NCBI GenBank assembly: GCA_964016885.1 | Contig: OZ024742.1 | Location: 50,592,001 to 50,656,000 of the forward strand | DNA from: Eledone cirrhosa | Lineage: Eukaryota | Direction of reading: 5' to 3' | DNA length: 64,000 bases | Shown: positions 54,312-64,000 of the stretch, piece by piece | Layout: each line of letters begins with the position of its first letter | Position numbering within the stretch: the stretch's first letter is position 1 | Notes under the pieces: model-generated | Told to the model about the DNA's origin: nothing | Database searches by the model: none | What the model saw: only the letters and a program-made list of their open reading frames with translations | Translations under genes and position numbers: made by a program

Positions 54312-54313
<2 letters not shown>
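53669..54313 (+). mobile_element. R4/Dong-type LINE 3' fragment in (TAA)n
   Basis: ETVAHIVSEC, RHD and PD..VLD......VDVACP restriction-like endonuclease motifs; close to 59311-59956; (TAA)n on both sides. Confidence 0.92.
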
Positions 54314-54384
<71 letters not shown>

Positions 54385-54388
<4 letters not shown>

Positions 54389-54636
54389 CAGGAACTACCA
54401 TGACGTGAAAGTGGTCCCGATTGTCATAGGCGCACTAGGTACTATCTCAAGGAGTTTCCAGAGATGATTAAAGAAGTTTAGTCCAGCCCCGCTTTTTGGA
54501 ACACTTCAAAAGGCATGCTTGTTGAGAACAGCAAGAACACTCCGATACGTCCTAAATATCTGAGGCTGCAGGTAGCGGCTTGATATTCATTTCAACAAAC
54601 TTTCCACTTAAATAACATCAATGACTGAGACTCAAA
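54385..54636 (+). mobile_element. R4/Dong-type LINE short 3' fragment
   Basis: VVPIVIGALG...GTLQKACLL and the same 3' UTR; (TAA)n on both sides. Confidence 0.9.
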
Positions 54637-54647
54637 TAATAATGATG

Positions 54648-54734
<87 letters not shown>

Positions 54735-54888
54735 CAAAGGGAAGAAGACGCACGAGGTGACGGAGGTCATGAAATCGCTCCCGTAAGTTTTGAATTTTTA
54801 ACATATTTAAACCATTTGTGAAATAACAACTCTTAGCACAAATGCTACGTAAAGCACCCGGCTTGAGCCCCCAAAAATTCGGACCCAA

Positions 54889-56186
54889 AATATATTGTTA
54901 TAAGGCTCAAATATTCAAATATTCAACTTTGTATTGTACACTGTATATCCAAAAAAAAAAAAGGCTATAAATGGAAGAAGAACCCCTCCCCTCCTCTCCT
55001 CTGGCTACACTATATAGGACAGCTAAACTCACCAACACCAGAAACTAGATACACCACCCACCCCATCATCTGTGTACACTAAACACAACAGCCAGATAAC
55101 GAAACATGTTCACCTTCAACGCCACCGCTCACTACGGCCATCATTACCACCACTATCCCAACACCGCCGCCGCCACCCCTTGACTCCGCTACAGCACCAT
55201 CACTACAGTAATACGGTCACATCACCGCCACAACTGCCTCGGTATCGACATCACCACCACCACTGTCTCAGTATCGCTAACGCCGCCAGTCTCCCACTTC
55301 CCTGCTGGCTGCTACTTCCACATTATAGAATTCCTACTACTAACAAAGAGGAAGGCATCAAAATATATAGATAGACCCAAAAGAAAAAAGAAAAAACAAA
55401 CAACAAAACCAAAGCAGCACAGCAACAACAGCAAAAAACGAGAAAAACAAACAGAGAAAAACAAAAACAAAAAAAAGAAACCCCAAAAACGTAAAGAAAA
55501 TATATTGTTATAAGGCTCAAAACGTAAAGAAAATATATTGTTATAAGGCTCAAAACGTAAAGAAAATATATTCTTATAAGGCTCAAATATTCAAATATTC
55601 AACTTTGTATTGTACACTGTATATCCAAAAAAAAAAAAAAAAAAAAATGGCTATAAATGGAAGAACCCCTCCCCTCCTCTCCTCTGGCTACACTATATAG
55701 GACAGCTAAACTCACCAACACCAGAAACTAGATACACCACCCACCCCATCATATGTGTACACTAAACACAACAGCCAGATAACGACACATTTTCACCTTC
55801 ACCGCCACCGCTCACTACGGCCATCATTACCACCACTATCCCATCACCGCCGCCACCACCCCTTGACTCCGCTACAGCACCATCACTACAGTAATACGGG
55901 CACATCACCGCCACCACTGCCTCGGTATCGACATCACCACCACCACTGTCTCAGTATCGCTAACGCCGCCAGTCTCCCACTTCCCTGCTGGCGTCTACTC
56001 CCACATTATAGAATTCCTACTACTAACAAAGAGGAAGGCATCAAAATATATAGATAGACCCAAAAGAAAAAAGAAAAAACAAACAACAAAACCAAAGCAG
56101 CACAGCAACAACAGCAAAAAACGAGAAAAACAAACAGATAAAAACAAAAACAGAAAAAAGAAACCCCCAAAACGTAAAGAAAATAA
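54889..56186. repeat. 683-bp tandem duplication with ~31-bp subrepeats at the junction
   Basis: Matching positions at 55072 and 55755; aaacgtaaagaaaatatatt(g/c)ttataaggctca is repeated at ~55486-55585. Confidence 0.92.
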
Positions 56187-56487
56187 GAATGAAGAGAGAA
56201 GCAGGCGGACGGACAGAGAAGAGGGGGGAAAAAGTAAAACTTAAAAAACTAAAACTAAGTCAGACATTCGAACACTACATTACAATGAAACTTATGCTTA
56301 TTCATTTCTGGGGCCCTTTCTGCCTGTGTGTTTGTTTGTTTATGTGTGTTCGTATACAGCGTGGCGATAATGCCACACAAGGGCCAAGTGGGATGGCGGA
56401 TCCACAGATGGCTATGTAAACATACATTCGCCAATCCTCGATAAGAGTGTTTAAATATCGAACATAAACAGTTCGAATAACGGTGAA

Positions 56488-59400
56488 ATGGAGACTAGAA
56501 CGTCATGTGACAGACTCTCACCCAACAGGTGCCCCCTGGCTCAGCAGCAGGAACCTGACTGTCAACCAAATACTGCTGATGTTGGAGGAAGGAGAAGAAG
56601 GAAAGGGGCCAGAACCAACTGAACGAAAGAATTGAATAGAACTGTTATGCAATGCTACCTGAAAAGTAACCCCAAGGAGAGGGGCTACAGGAGACGGATG
56701 CATAACATCTGGAACGAGATTGGTTTATTTAAATTAGATGAATAAAAATTGGCCGGGCAGGCTCGGGTAATAAGAACTAATGGGTGGATAAGCGAGCTGG
56801 AACTGGAGGAACTGAGCAGAGAGAATGGCTTGGAGATGGCGGGTGTAGTATTCCAGACAAGCGAGCCGGTGGGAAATGAAGGTGAGGAGGTCCTGAGAAC
56901 GGAGGAACCACCCGAAGCAGACAATGATCTGAGTACTGAGATAAATAATACCTGGAACAGAGATACGGCCACTGAGGAGATGAATGCTGACGGGCTAGGA
57001 CAAGATTCGGTTGACATCCTAAATTTAGTGGTAGATGAATTGAACAATGATAGTGGGAGACCTATGAACCTAAGATTTGTAGACAGGAAAAAGTTAAAAG
57101 AAACAACAGCTAAGGTAAACAAAGTCATCCCATACCTTGACGCGAGGAGCCTTCACCAGTGCAACAATATCCTCAGAGCAACAGCAAATACGGTGAGGAA
57201 ACTACTTGGTATAAAAGCGAGAGGAAACAACAGACAGGAAAGAGCAGAGCCGTGGTGGAAGAAGCGACTGAGTGGGCAAATCGGGGAAATGAGAAATGAC
57301 ATAGGAAAGCTTGAGTCACTACTGAATGGGACACTAAAAAACATAGGCACTAAAAATAGACTGGAAATAAAATACAAAACTAGGAGTAAAAAGCTAAATA
57401 TTATCATAGAGGAATTGAAGCAACGCATTGTAGCAAAGAGTGCAAAAATCAGGCGATACGAGAACAGAGTCAGTCAGTATAAACAGAACCGCATGATCGA
57501 CAACAACCAGAAGATGCTGTTTGGACAGCTTGAGGGGAAAGAAAGAGGCAACGACTTGATCCCTGGGGCGGAGCAAACTAAAACATTCTGGAGAGGAATA
57601 TGGGAGCAGGATGTTAGACACAATGCCCAGGCAGGGTGGATTGAGACAGTACAGAGGGAGATCGGTGAGCAGGCACAGCAACAGACTGATTTGAGTATCA
57701 CAGTTGAAACTCTTAAGGGGCAAGCCAAAAAACTAACCAACTGGAAATTACCAGGCCCAGATGGTGTGCAGGGGTATTGGATTAAACATCTAACATCCCT
57801 CCACCCGTAGCTGACGGCCATGTTCAATGAATGCTTGGTGTCGGGTGAGGTGCCAGAGTGGTTGACAAAAGGTACCACAGTTCTGATAATGAAAGACCGA
57901 ATCAAGGGTAATGATGCTACCAACTATAGACCTATCACATGTCTGCCCGTAATGTGGAAACTGTTGACGAGCATTGTGTCTGAGGAAATCTACCATCACC
58001 TCCACACAAACAACTTGTTACCGGACGAACAGAAAGGATGCCGAAAGAAGTCACGTGGTACAAAGGACCAGTTGCTTATTGATAAGATGGTAATGGGGAA
58101 TTGCAGGAGGAGACACACTGATCTTGCCATGGAATGGATAGACTACAGAAAGGCATTTGACATGGTGCCTCATTCCTGGATCACCAAAAGCCTGGAGATC
58201 TTCAGGGTGGCGGATAACATCAGACAGTTGCTAGGCAGGAGTATGGGGTCCTGGGAGACAGAGTTGACATCAACTGGAGTATCCTTGGGAAGCGTGAAGA
58301 TCAAGAGAGGTATCTTCCAGGGAGATAGCCTGTCCCCTCTGGTGTTTGTCCTTGCCCTGATACCCTTGACCATTATGCTGCGAAAAGTGAGAGCAGGATA
58401 CAAGTTGGGAAGGGGAGAGCTTACCATCAATCACCTCCTCTTCATGGACGATCTTAAGCTCTTCGGGAAAAGTGAGAAGGAGTTGGATGTGCTTGTTGAC
58501 ACTGTCCGTATTTTCAGCAGTGATATATGTATGCAGTTTGGTATTGGTAAATGTGGAGTCATTGTGATGAAGAGGGGTAGGTTGAGCAGAAGTAACGGGA
58601 TCCAGATACCAACAGGTGAGATGATAAAGGAAATTGACTCTGAGGAAGGATACAAGTATTTGGGCGTTCTGGAGGCTGATGGCATAAAGAACAAAAAAAT
58701 GAAGGAATTGTTAAGAACTGAATACATTCGGAGAGTAAGGAGCGTATTGAAGTCACATCTGAACAGCAGAAATGCCATAAGCGCAGTAAATTCCCGAGCT
58801 GTGTCTATTATTAGGTACAGTGCGGGAATTCTGAGATGGAATGTTGCTGAACAGAAAGAAATGGATAGGAAGACTAGGAAGCTATTGACTATCTACAACA
58901 TGTTCCACAAGAGGAGTGATGTCGATAGACTCTACCTAAGGAGATCTGAGGGTGGAAGAGGTCTTATCAGCATAGAAGACTGTGTTCAGATGGAGAAAAA
59001 CAACCTATACAAATACGTGACCTATAGTAAGGAGCCAATGCTCAGAGCTGTACTGAAGGAGGGGACAGTAGGCCAGGGGATGTCCAGGGAGGAAATAACA
59101 TCAAGGAGGAAGAGCAGCCTTAAGGGAAAACCCCTTCATAGTACCTTCTTTGAGAAAACTGAATTTAGAGATCCACAGACATGGAACTGGTTGAGAAGAG
59201 GAGACCTCAAAAAGGCTACATAAGGAATGCTAATGGCTGCGCAGGAGCAGGCCCTCAAAACGAAGTGGTTGAAGCACCATATCTACAAGGAGGAGGCCAG
59301 CCCACTGTGCAGGATCTGTGGAGAGAGAGAGGAGACTGTGGCTCACATTGTGTCCGAGTGTAAACACCTAGCCCAGACCCACTATAAGGGCTGGAGACAC

Positions 59401-59880
59401 GATGTGATGGGCAGGGTGATCCACTGGCACCTGTGCAAAGTAAACAATCTACCACACTCTGAGAAATGGTATGAGCATAGGCCAGAGGCGGTGCTGGAGA
59501 ACAGTCAGGTGAAGGTGCTGTGGGATTTTAGGATACAGACGGACAAAAAACTGGAACACAATAGACCTGACCTGGTGGTTGTGGACAAAGAAAAAAGATC
59601 GTGCCTGATTGTGGATGTGGCCTGCCCGTTCGACACGAGAGTGCAAGAGAAGGAGAGGGAGAAAATTAACCGATACCAGGACCTAAAGTGAGAGGTGAAA
59701 AGGATTTGGAACTGCCATGAAGTCAAAGTGATCCCGATTGTCATAGGCGCACTGGGGACTATCTCCAAAAGTTTCCAGGGATGGTTAAAGAAAATCGGCC
59801 CCTTCACGCTTTTTGGAACGCTTCAAAAGGCATGCTTGCTTGGAACAGCAAGAACCCTCCGATACGTCCTGAATATCTGA
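56488..59880 (+). pseudogene. R4/Dong-type non-LTR ORF: RT + CCHC finger + restriction-like endonuclease, interrupted by nonsense codons
   Basis: N-terminal VMQCY...GYRRRM..IW; EPWWKKRL; NWK.PGPDGV; YRPITCL; EQKGC; [12 protein letters not shown]; [10 protein letters not shown]; LFMDDLKL; YKYLG; CRIC...ETVAHIVSEC; RHD; RPDLVVVD...IVDVACP...K..RY. ORFs at 56749, 57820, 59227 and 59695 share one frame. The start is approximate. Confidence 0.95.
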
Positions 59881-59963
59881 GGCTGCAGGTAGTGGCTTGA
59901 TATTCAATCCAACGGACTTTCCAGTTAACCAACATCAATGACTGAGATTCAAGGAATAACAAC

Positions 59964-60000
<37 letters not shown>

Positions 60001-60001
<1 letters not shown>

Positions 60002-60625
60002 GGCATGACAGAGCTGCACAATACATACATTGGATAATGTGTAAGCATTTTGACCTGCCCCATCAAAAGAATTGGTGGGAGCATCAACCACCACCCATAC
60101 TTGAAAAGGATCACATCTCAATCTTGTGGAACTTTAGCATCCAAACAGACCGAAAAATAGATGCAAATAGACCTGATATAATATTGAAGGACTTTCAAAA
60201 GAGGGTATGCCTGATAATTGATATGGCTGTTCCAATAGACAATAATGTATCTATAAAAGCATTTGAAAAATTGAGCAAGTATAAAGACCTGGAGATAGAA
60301 ATTGGAAAAATGTGGAAATTGAGAACTAAAACAATACCAGTGGTTGTAGGCGCTCTGGGAATGATACCTAAGGGGTCTAATGATTACACATCGCAAATCC
60401 CAGGAAAGCCGCGTATAGGAGAAATACAAAAGATAGTACAAATGGGAACTGCCCATATACTAAGGAAGATTCTGTCAATAAAATTACATCACAAGTCTAA
60501 ACACTAAAGATGCATGTGTGAATATTTATGTTCTTTCTTGAACATGGCGGACCTTGTTGTCTCTTGAGGTCACTGGTTGTGACTTGGTGATAACTCGTAT
60601 GAACATAAAGCAAGATAAATGCAAC
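60001..60625 (+). mobile_element. 3' fragment of a second, divergent R4/Dong-type family
   Basis: RHD...W..C...WWEH.P...ILWNFSIQTD.KI.ANRPDIIL....CLIIDMAVP...K..KYKDL...IPVVVGALG; different 3' UTR; (TAA)n on both sides. Confidence 0.92.
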
Positions 60626-60667
<42 letters not shown>

Positions 60668-60672
<5 letters not shown>

Positions 60673-60922
60673 CAGGAACTACCATGAAGTCAAAGTGGTC
60701 CCGATTGTCATAGGCGCACTAGGTACTATCTCAAGGAGTTTCCAGAGATGATTAAAGAAGATTAGTCCAGCCCCGCTTTTTGGAACACTTCAAAAGGCAT
60801 GCTTGTTGAGAACAGCAAGAACCCTCCGATACGTCCTGAATATCTGAGGCTACAGGTAACATCTTGATATTCATTTCAACAAACTTTCCAGTTAAATAAC
60901 ATCAATGACTGAGACTCAAAGA
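60668..60922 (+). mobile_element. R4/Dong-type LINE short 3' fragment
   Basis: Near-identical to 54385-54636, including the 5' junction. Confidence 0.9.
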
Positions 60923-60943
60923 ACAATAATACTAATAATAATA

Positions 60944-61035
<92 letters not shown>

Positions 61036-61272
61036 ATATTTAGAAACACACAGATACATGCGGACACACACATATATACATGAATGCATCCGCACCCAAC
61101 TGTGAGTTAAGGGTGCCAACTTCACCGATGTTGCTCAATGAATGACTGGGACAGACCAATTCAGTTGAACCAGACTGAACCAGTATCAGAGTTAAAAATA
61201 CATTATGAAGAGAGAAGAAACATTTAGATATAATTAGTAATATAATGTATCATACCTAAACTGCTCTTAAAT

Positions 61273-61362
61273 TCCTCGACTACGTAGTTTCGTGGCATAA
61301 ACAAAAACAATATATCATAAAGATATAGAGTCCTTGCGAGGTCTGCCGACTTATCAAGAGGA
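61273..61362 (-). ncRNA. Type I hammerhead ribozyme, U3-A8 core variant
   Basis: tcctc TTGATAA gt-c-ggca...tgcc-ac GAAA ctacgtag TC gagga. Confidence 0.8.
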
Positions 61363-61867
61363 TACCTCATTTTACTAGTCTCAAGAACGCGTCTACACGA
61401 CGTGAGAAAGAATCCCAAAATGCGGAGGGGGAGATAGTCACGCGATATAACGGTCGAGAAACAGAGCTAAGCCTCTTATAACCCCGAAGAAAATACCACG
61501 GAGGCGGAGGGGGTATTTATATCGAGGCCGCAGAAGAGGTGGTGAAGAAGGCGAGAAGTATGAGTAATGGAAGCTTTCCAGCTGTCCCCACACTTCAAAG
61601 ATTGCTCGACCAGAGGGAGTTATTAACAATATATTTAGAAACACACATATACATGCGGACACACACATATATACATGAATGCATCCGCACCCAACTGTGA
61701 GTTAAGGGTGCCAACTTCACCGATGTTGCTCAATGAATGACTGGGACAGACCAATTCATTTGAACCAGACTGAACCAGTATCAGAGTTAAAAATACATTA
61801 TGAAGAGAGAAGAAACATTTAGATATAATTAGTAATAAAATGTATCATACCTAAACTGCTCCTAAAT

Positions 61868-61957
61868 TCCTCGACTACGTAGTTTCGTGGCATAAACAAA
61901 AACAATATATCATAAAGATATAGAGTCCTTGCGAGGTCTGCCTACTTATCAAGAGGA
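61868..61957 (-). ncRNA. Type I hammerhead ribozyme, U3-A8 core variant
   Basis: As 61273-61362; the only change is the bulged stem II base (c to a). Confidence 0.8.
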
Positions 61958-62427
61958 TACCTCATTTTACTAGTCTCAAGAACGCGTCTACACGACGTGA
62001 GAAAGAATCCCAAAAGGCGGAGGGGGAGATAGTCACGCGATATAACGGTCGAGAAACAGAGCTAAGCCTCGTAGTCGATGAATTTAGGAGCAGTTTAGGT
62101 ATGATACATTTTATTACTAATTATATCTAAATGTTTCTTCTCTCTTCATAATGTATTTTTAACTCTGATACTGGTTCAGTCTGGTTCAACTGAATTGGTC
62201 TGTCCCAGTCATTCATTGAGCAACATCGGTGAAGTTGGCACCCTTAACTCACAGTTGGGTGCGGATGCATTCATGTATATATGTGTGTGTCCGCATGTAT
62301 CTGTGTGTTTCTAAATATATTGTTAATAACTCCCTCTGGTCGAGCAATCTTTGAAGTGTGGGGACAGCTGGAAAGCTTCCATTACTCATACTTCTCGCCT
62401 TCTTCACCACCTCTTCTGCGGCCTCGA

Positions 62428-62435
62428 TATAAATA
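62428..62435 (+). promoter_or_regulatory. Candidate TATA box in the 595-nt unit
   Basis: TATAAATA in a GC-rich context ~155 nt upstream of the HHR on the same strand; present in the minus-strand copy too. Motif only. Confidence 0.3.
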
Positions 62436-62586
62436 CCCCCTCCGCCTCCGTGGTATTTTCTTCGGGGTTATAAGAGTCTTAGCTCTGTTTCTCGACCGTT
62501 ATATCGCGTGACTATCTCCCCCTCCGCCTTTTGGGATTCTTTCTCACGTCGTGTAGACGCGTTCTTGAGACTAGTAAAATGAGGTA

Positions 62587-62676
62587 TCCTCTTGATAAGT
62601 CGGCAGACCTCGCAAGGACTCTATATCTTTATGATATATTGTTTTTGTTTATGCCACGAAACTACGTAGTCGAGGA
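62587..62676 (+). ncRNA. Type I hammerhead ribozyme, U3-A8 core variant
   Basis: tcctc 62587-62591, TTGATAA 62592-62598, GAAA 62658-62661, palindrome ACTACGTAGT, GUC ending at 62671, gagga 62672-62676. Confidence 0.8.
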
Positions 62677-62745
62677 ATTTAGGAGCAGTTCAGGTATAAT
62701 ACATTTTTTTACTAATTATATATAAATGTTTCTTCTCTCTTCATA

Positions 62746-62789
<44 letters not shown>

Positions 62790-62793
<4 letters not shown>

Positions 62794-63780
62794 CATTTAA
62801 ATGTTTATAAATTTCCTGTTGGTTGGTTCCAAAACCGGACGGTTGTTCATATATTGTCAAAGTTCTTCCGTCACTCATTCTGTGACCTCTTCAGTGACTG
62901 GGGATTCTTTTCTTTGTATTGTGCCTTCCCCTTGTTCTGTCCTACGCCATCTTGTTTTTGTGTGTTGTGTGCTTAGTTTGTGTATGTGTTACATCTGGGT
63001 GTCTGTATGTGTGTTTATATGTTTATTTATTTGTTTATGTATATGTTAGTAGTTAGTTGTTTGTTCTATGTGTGTGTGTTTTCATTTTGTGATGTTGCTA
63101 TTCCATTCATGTTTTCTATTTAATTCGGTTGGAGTTCATTTATGTTTATTGCCTCTGTGATTTGTCTAAACATTGCGTCTTTTCTGTGTGTAGATTCTAT
63201 TTTATTTCTATGTTCTCTAATTTGCCCTTATGTTCTATTTTAGCATGTTGGTGGAGTACTGATGAATCTTTTCTATCTTGGAGTTTTCGCCAGTGTTCAT
63301 TTAATTGTTCTACTATGATACGAGCTGTCTCACCTATGTACATTATATTCTTATCGTTACATTGTCCCTCAGTACATCATATGCTATATACTATGTTTCT
63401 AGGTTTACAGTTAATATGGGGGCTTATTTTACAGATTATGCATTTCCTATCTATACAGGGAGGTCTTTCAAAAGGGTATATATTACTTATAAGTGTTTTT
63501 ATGGAGGTACGTGCTTTTTCGACTATCTTAATATTTAGTTTAAGTTTATGTAGGGCCCTTCTAAATTTGTAAGCTAGTTCACATCTAGGGGTTGTATTGA
63601 TGAACATTACACTCTGGTATTTATTGTTATAATACCATGAGTTTATTTTATTAATCTTATTTCTAGTTCTTTCTATTCCAAAATTTGCTCCTATACAAGG
63701 CGCAGGTCCCATCTGTATCATGTTTTACCATTTTTTCCCATTTGGTTCTGGCTCCTCTATATACTCTGATTTTATCTCTC
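62790..63780 (-). mobile_element. 5'-truncated Penelope-like element (linker + GIY-YIG relic) with degenerate HHR at 62856-62898
   Basis: SVMFINTTP..EL...IKIVEK.RTSIK.L....PF...PC....C.IC......NCK.RNIVYSI*C....C....MYIGETAR.....NEH...SVLHQH; in the 3' region gtca CTGAAGA g-gtcac...gtgac-g GAAG aactt tgac. Confidence 0.82.
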
Positions 63781-64000
63781 TGGTTGTAATCGGATGAAGT
63801 GTTGTATGTGTCTCTCCAGTTCTTTGTGGTTGCACATGCAGGACGCGTTCCTCATCATCCTTACTAAATCCGCAATCAGGATGTTGATTTTGGTGTGATC
63901 CGAAACAGCTGAGTTTCGGTAGATCAGGTATTTGGAAGTCATGGGTTTGGCATAATGGAAATGTGGGATTTGTTTTTTTATTATTAATTTTTCTACTTTA

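Larger units (their letters stand above)
61035..62747. mobile_element. Retrozyme-like array: 595-nt unit, ~1.7 tandem copies (minus) head-to-head with ~1.1 copies (plus)
   Basis: Period 595 (61273 vs 61868; 62076 vs 62671); inversion point at 62070/62071; one HHR per unit; (TA)n at both ends; only scattered substitutions between copies. Confidence 0.85.

Noticed and set aside
55486-55585. ~31-bp repeats as a CRISPR array
   Set aside because: Directly tandem with no spacers, eukaryotic context and no cas genes.
56311-56440. HDV-like ribozyme upstream of the Dong ORF (ggccctt/aagggcc)
   Set aside because: A P1-like pair exists, but I could not find P3/L3, the P1.1 GG/CC pair or P2 in the required order.
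56600-59880. Selenocysteine or readthrough recoding of the Dong in-frame stops
   Set aside because: The stops are mixed TAA/TAG/TGA, and a sister copy has TGG at the last TGA, indicating ordinary nonsense mutations.
59938-60000. N-terminal poly-Ile extension of the 189-aa ORF
   Set aside because: Read-through of a 3' UTR and (TAA)n into a separate insertion.
61224-62725. Repeated 64-aa and 76-aa ORFs in the 595-nt unit as proteins
   Set aside because: They recur only because the copies are near-identical; no recognisable domain, and one uses a TTG start and overlaps the ribozyme.

Overview
AT-rich, microsatellite-saturated eukaryotic DNA. It is most likely intergenic or intronic sequence from an octopus or other cephalopod, inferred from the dominant tRNA-derived SINE and the (TA)/(CA)/(TAA) load. 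I could not support any host protein-coding gene, rRNA, tRNA or CRISPR array, and nearly all ORFs in the track are microsatellite artefacts or transposon fragments. The window holds a decayed mariner with a nested SINE, two to three Tx1-type LINEs, an RTE-type fragment, an array of R4/Dong-type LINE insertions in one (TAA)n tract, three to four Penelope-like (PLE) GIY-YIG relics and at least ten SINE copies. The signal the ORF track misses is non-coding: about 20 type-I hammerhead-ribozyme (HHR) motifs, intact or decayed, from many different repeat families, mostly next to (TA)n tracts and often in head-to-head inverted arrangements. Two are young, ORF-less, circularly permuted tandem units that look like retrozymes (self-cleaving circRNA-producing retroelements): a ~477-nt unit at 19.1-20.1 kb and a 595-nt unit at 61.0-62.7 kb. 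The 595-nt unit and a second, dissimilar family carry a compensated non-canonical core (U3-A8 instead of C3-G8). All folds were read by eye, none was computed or tested, and element boundaries are approximate.
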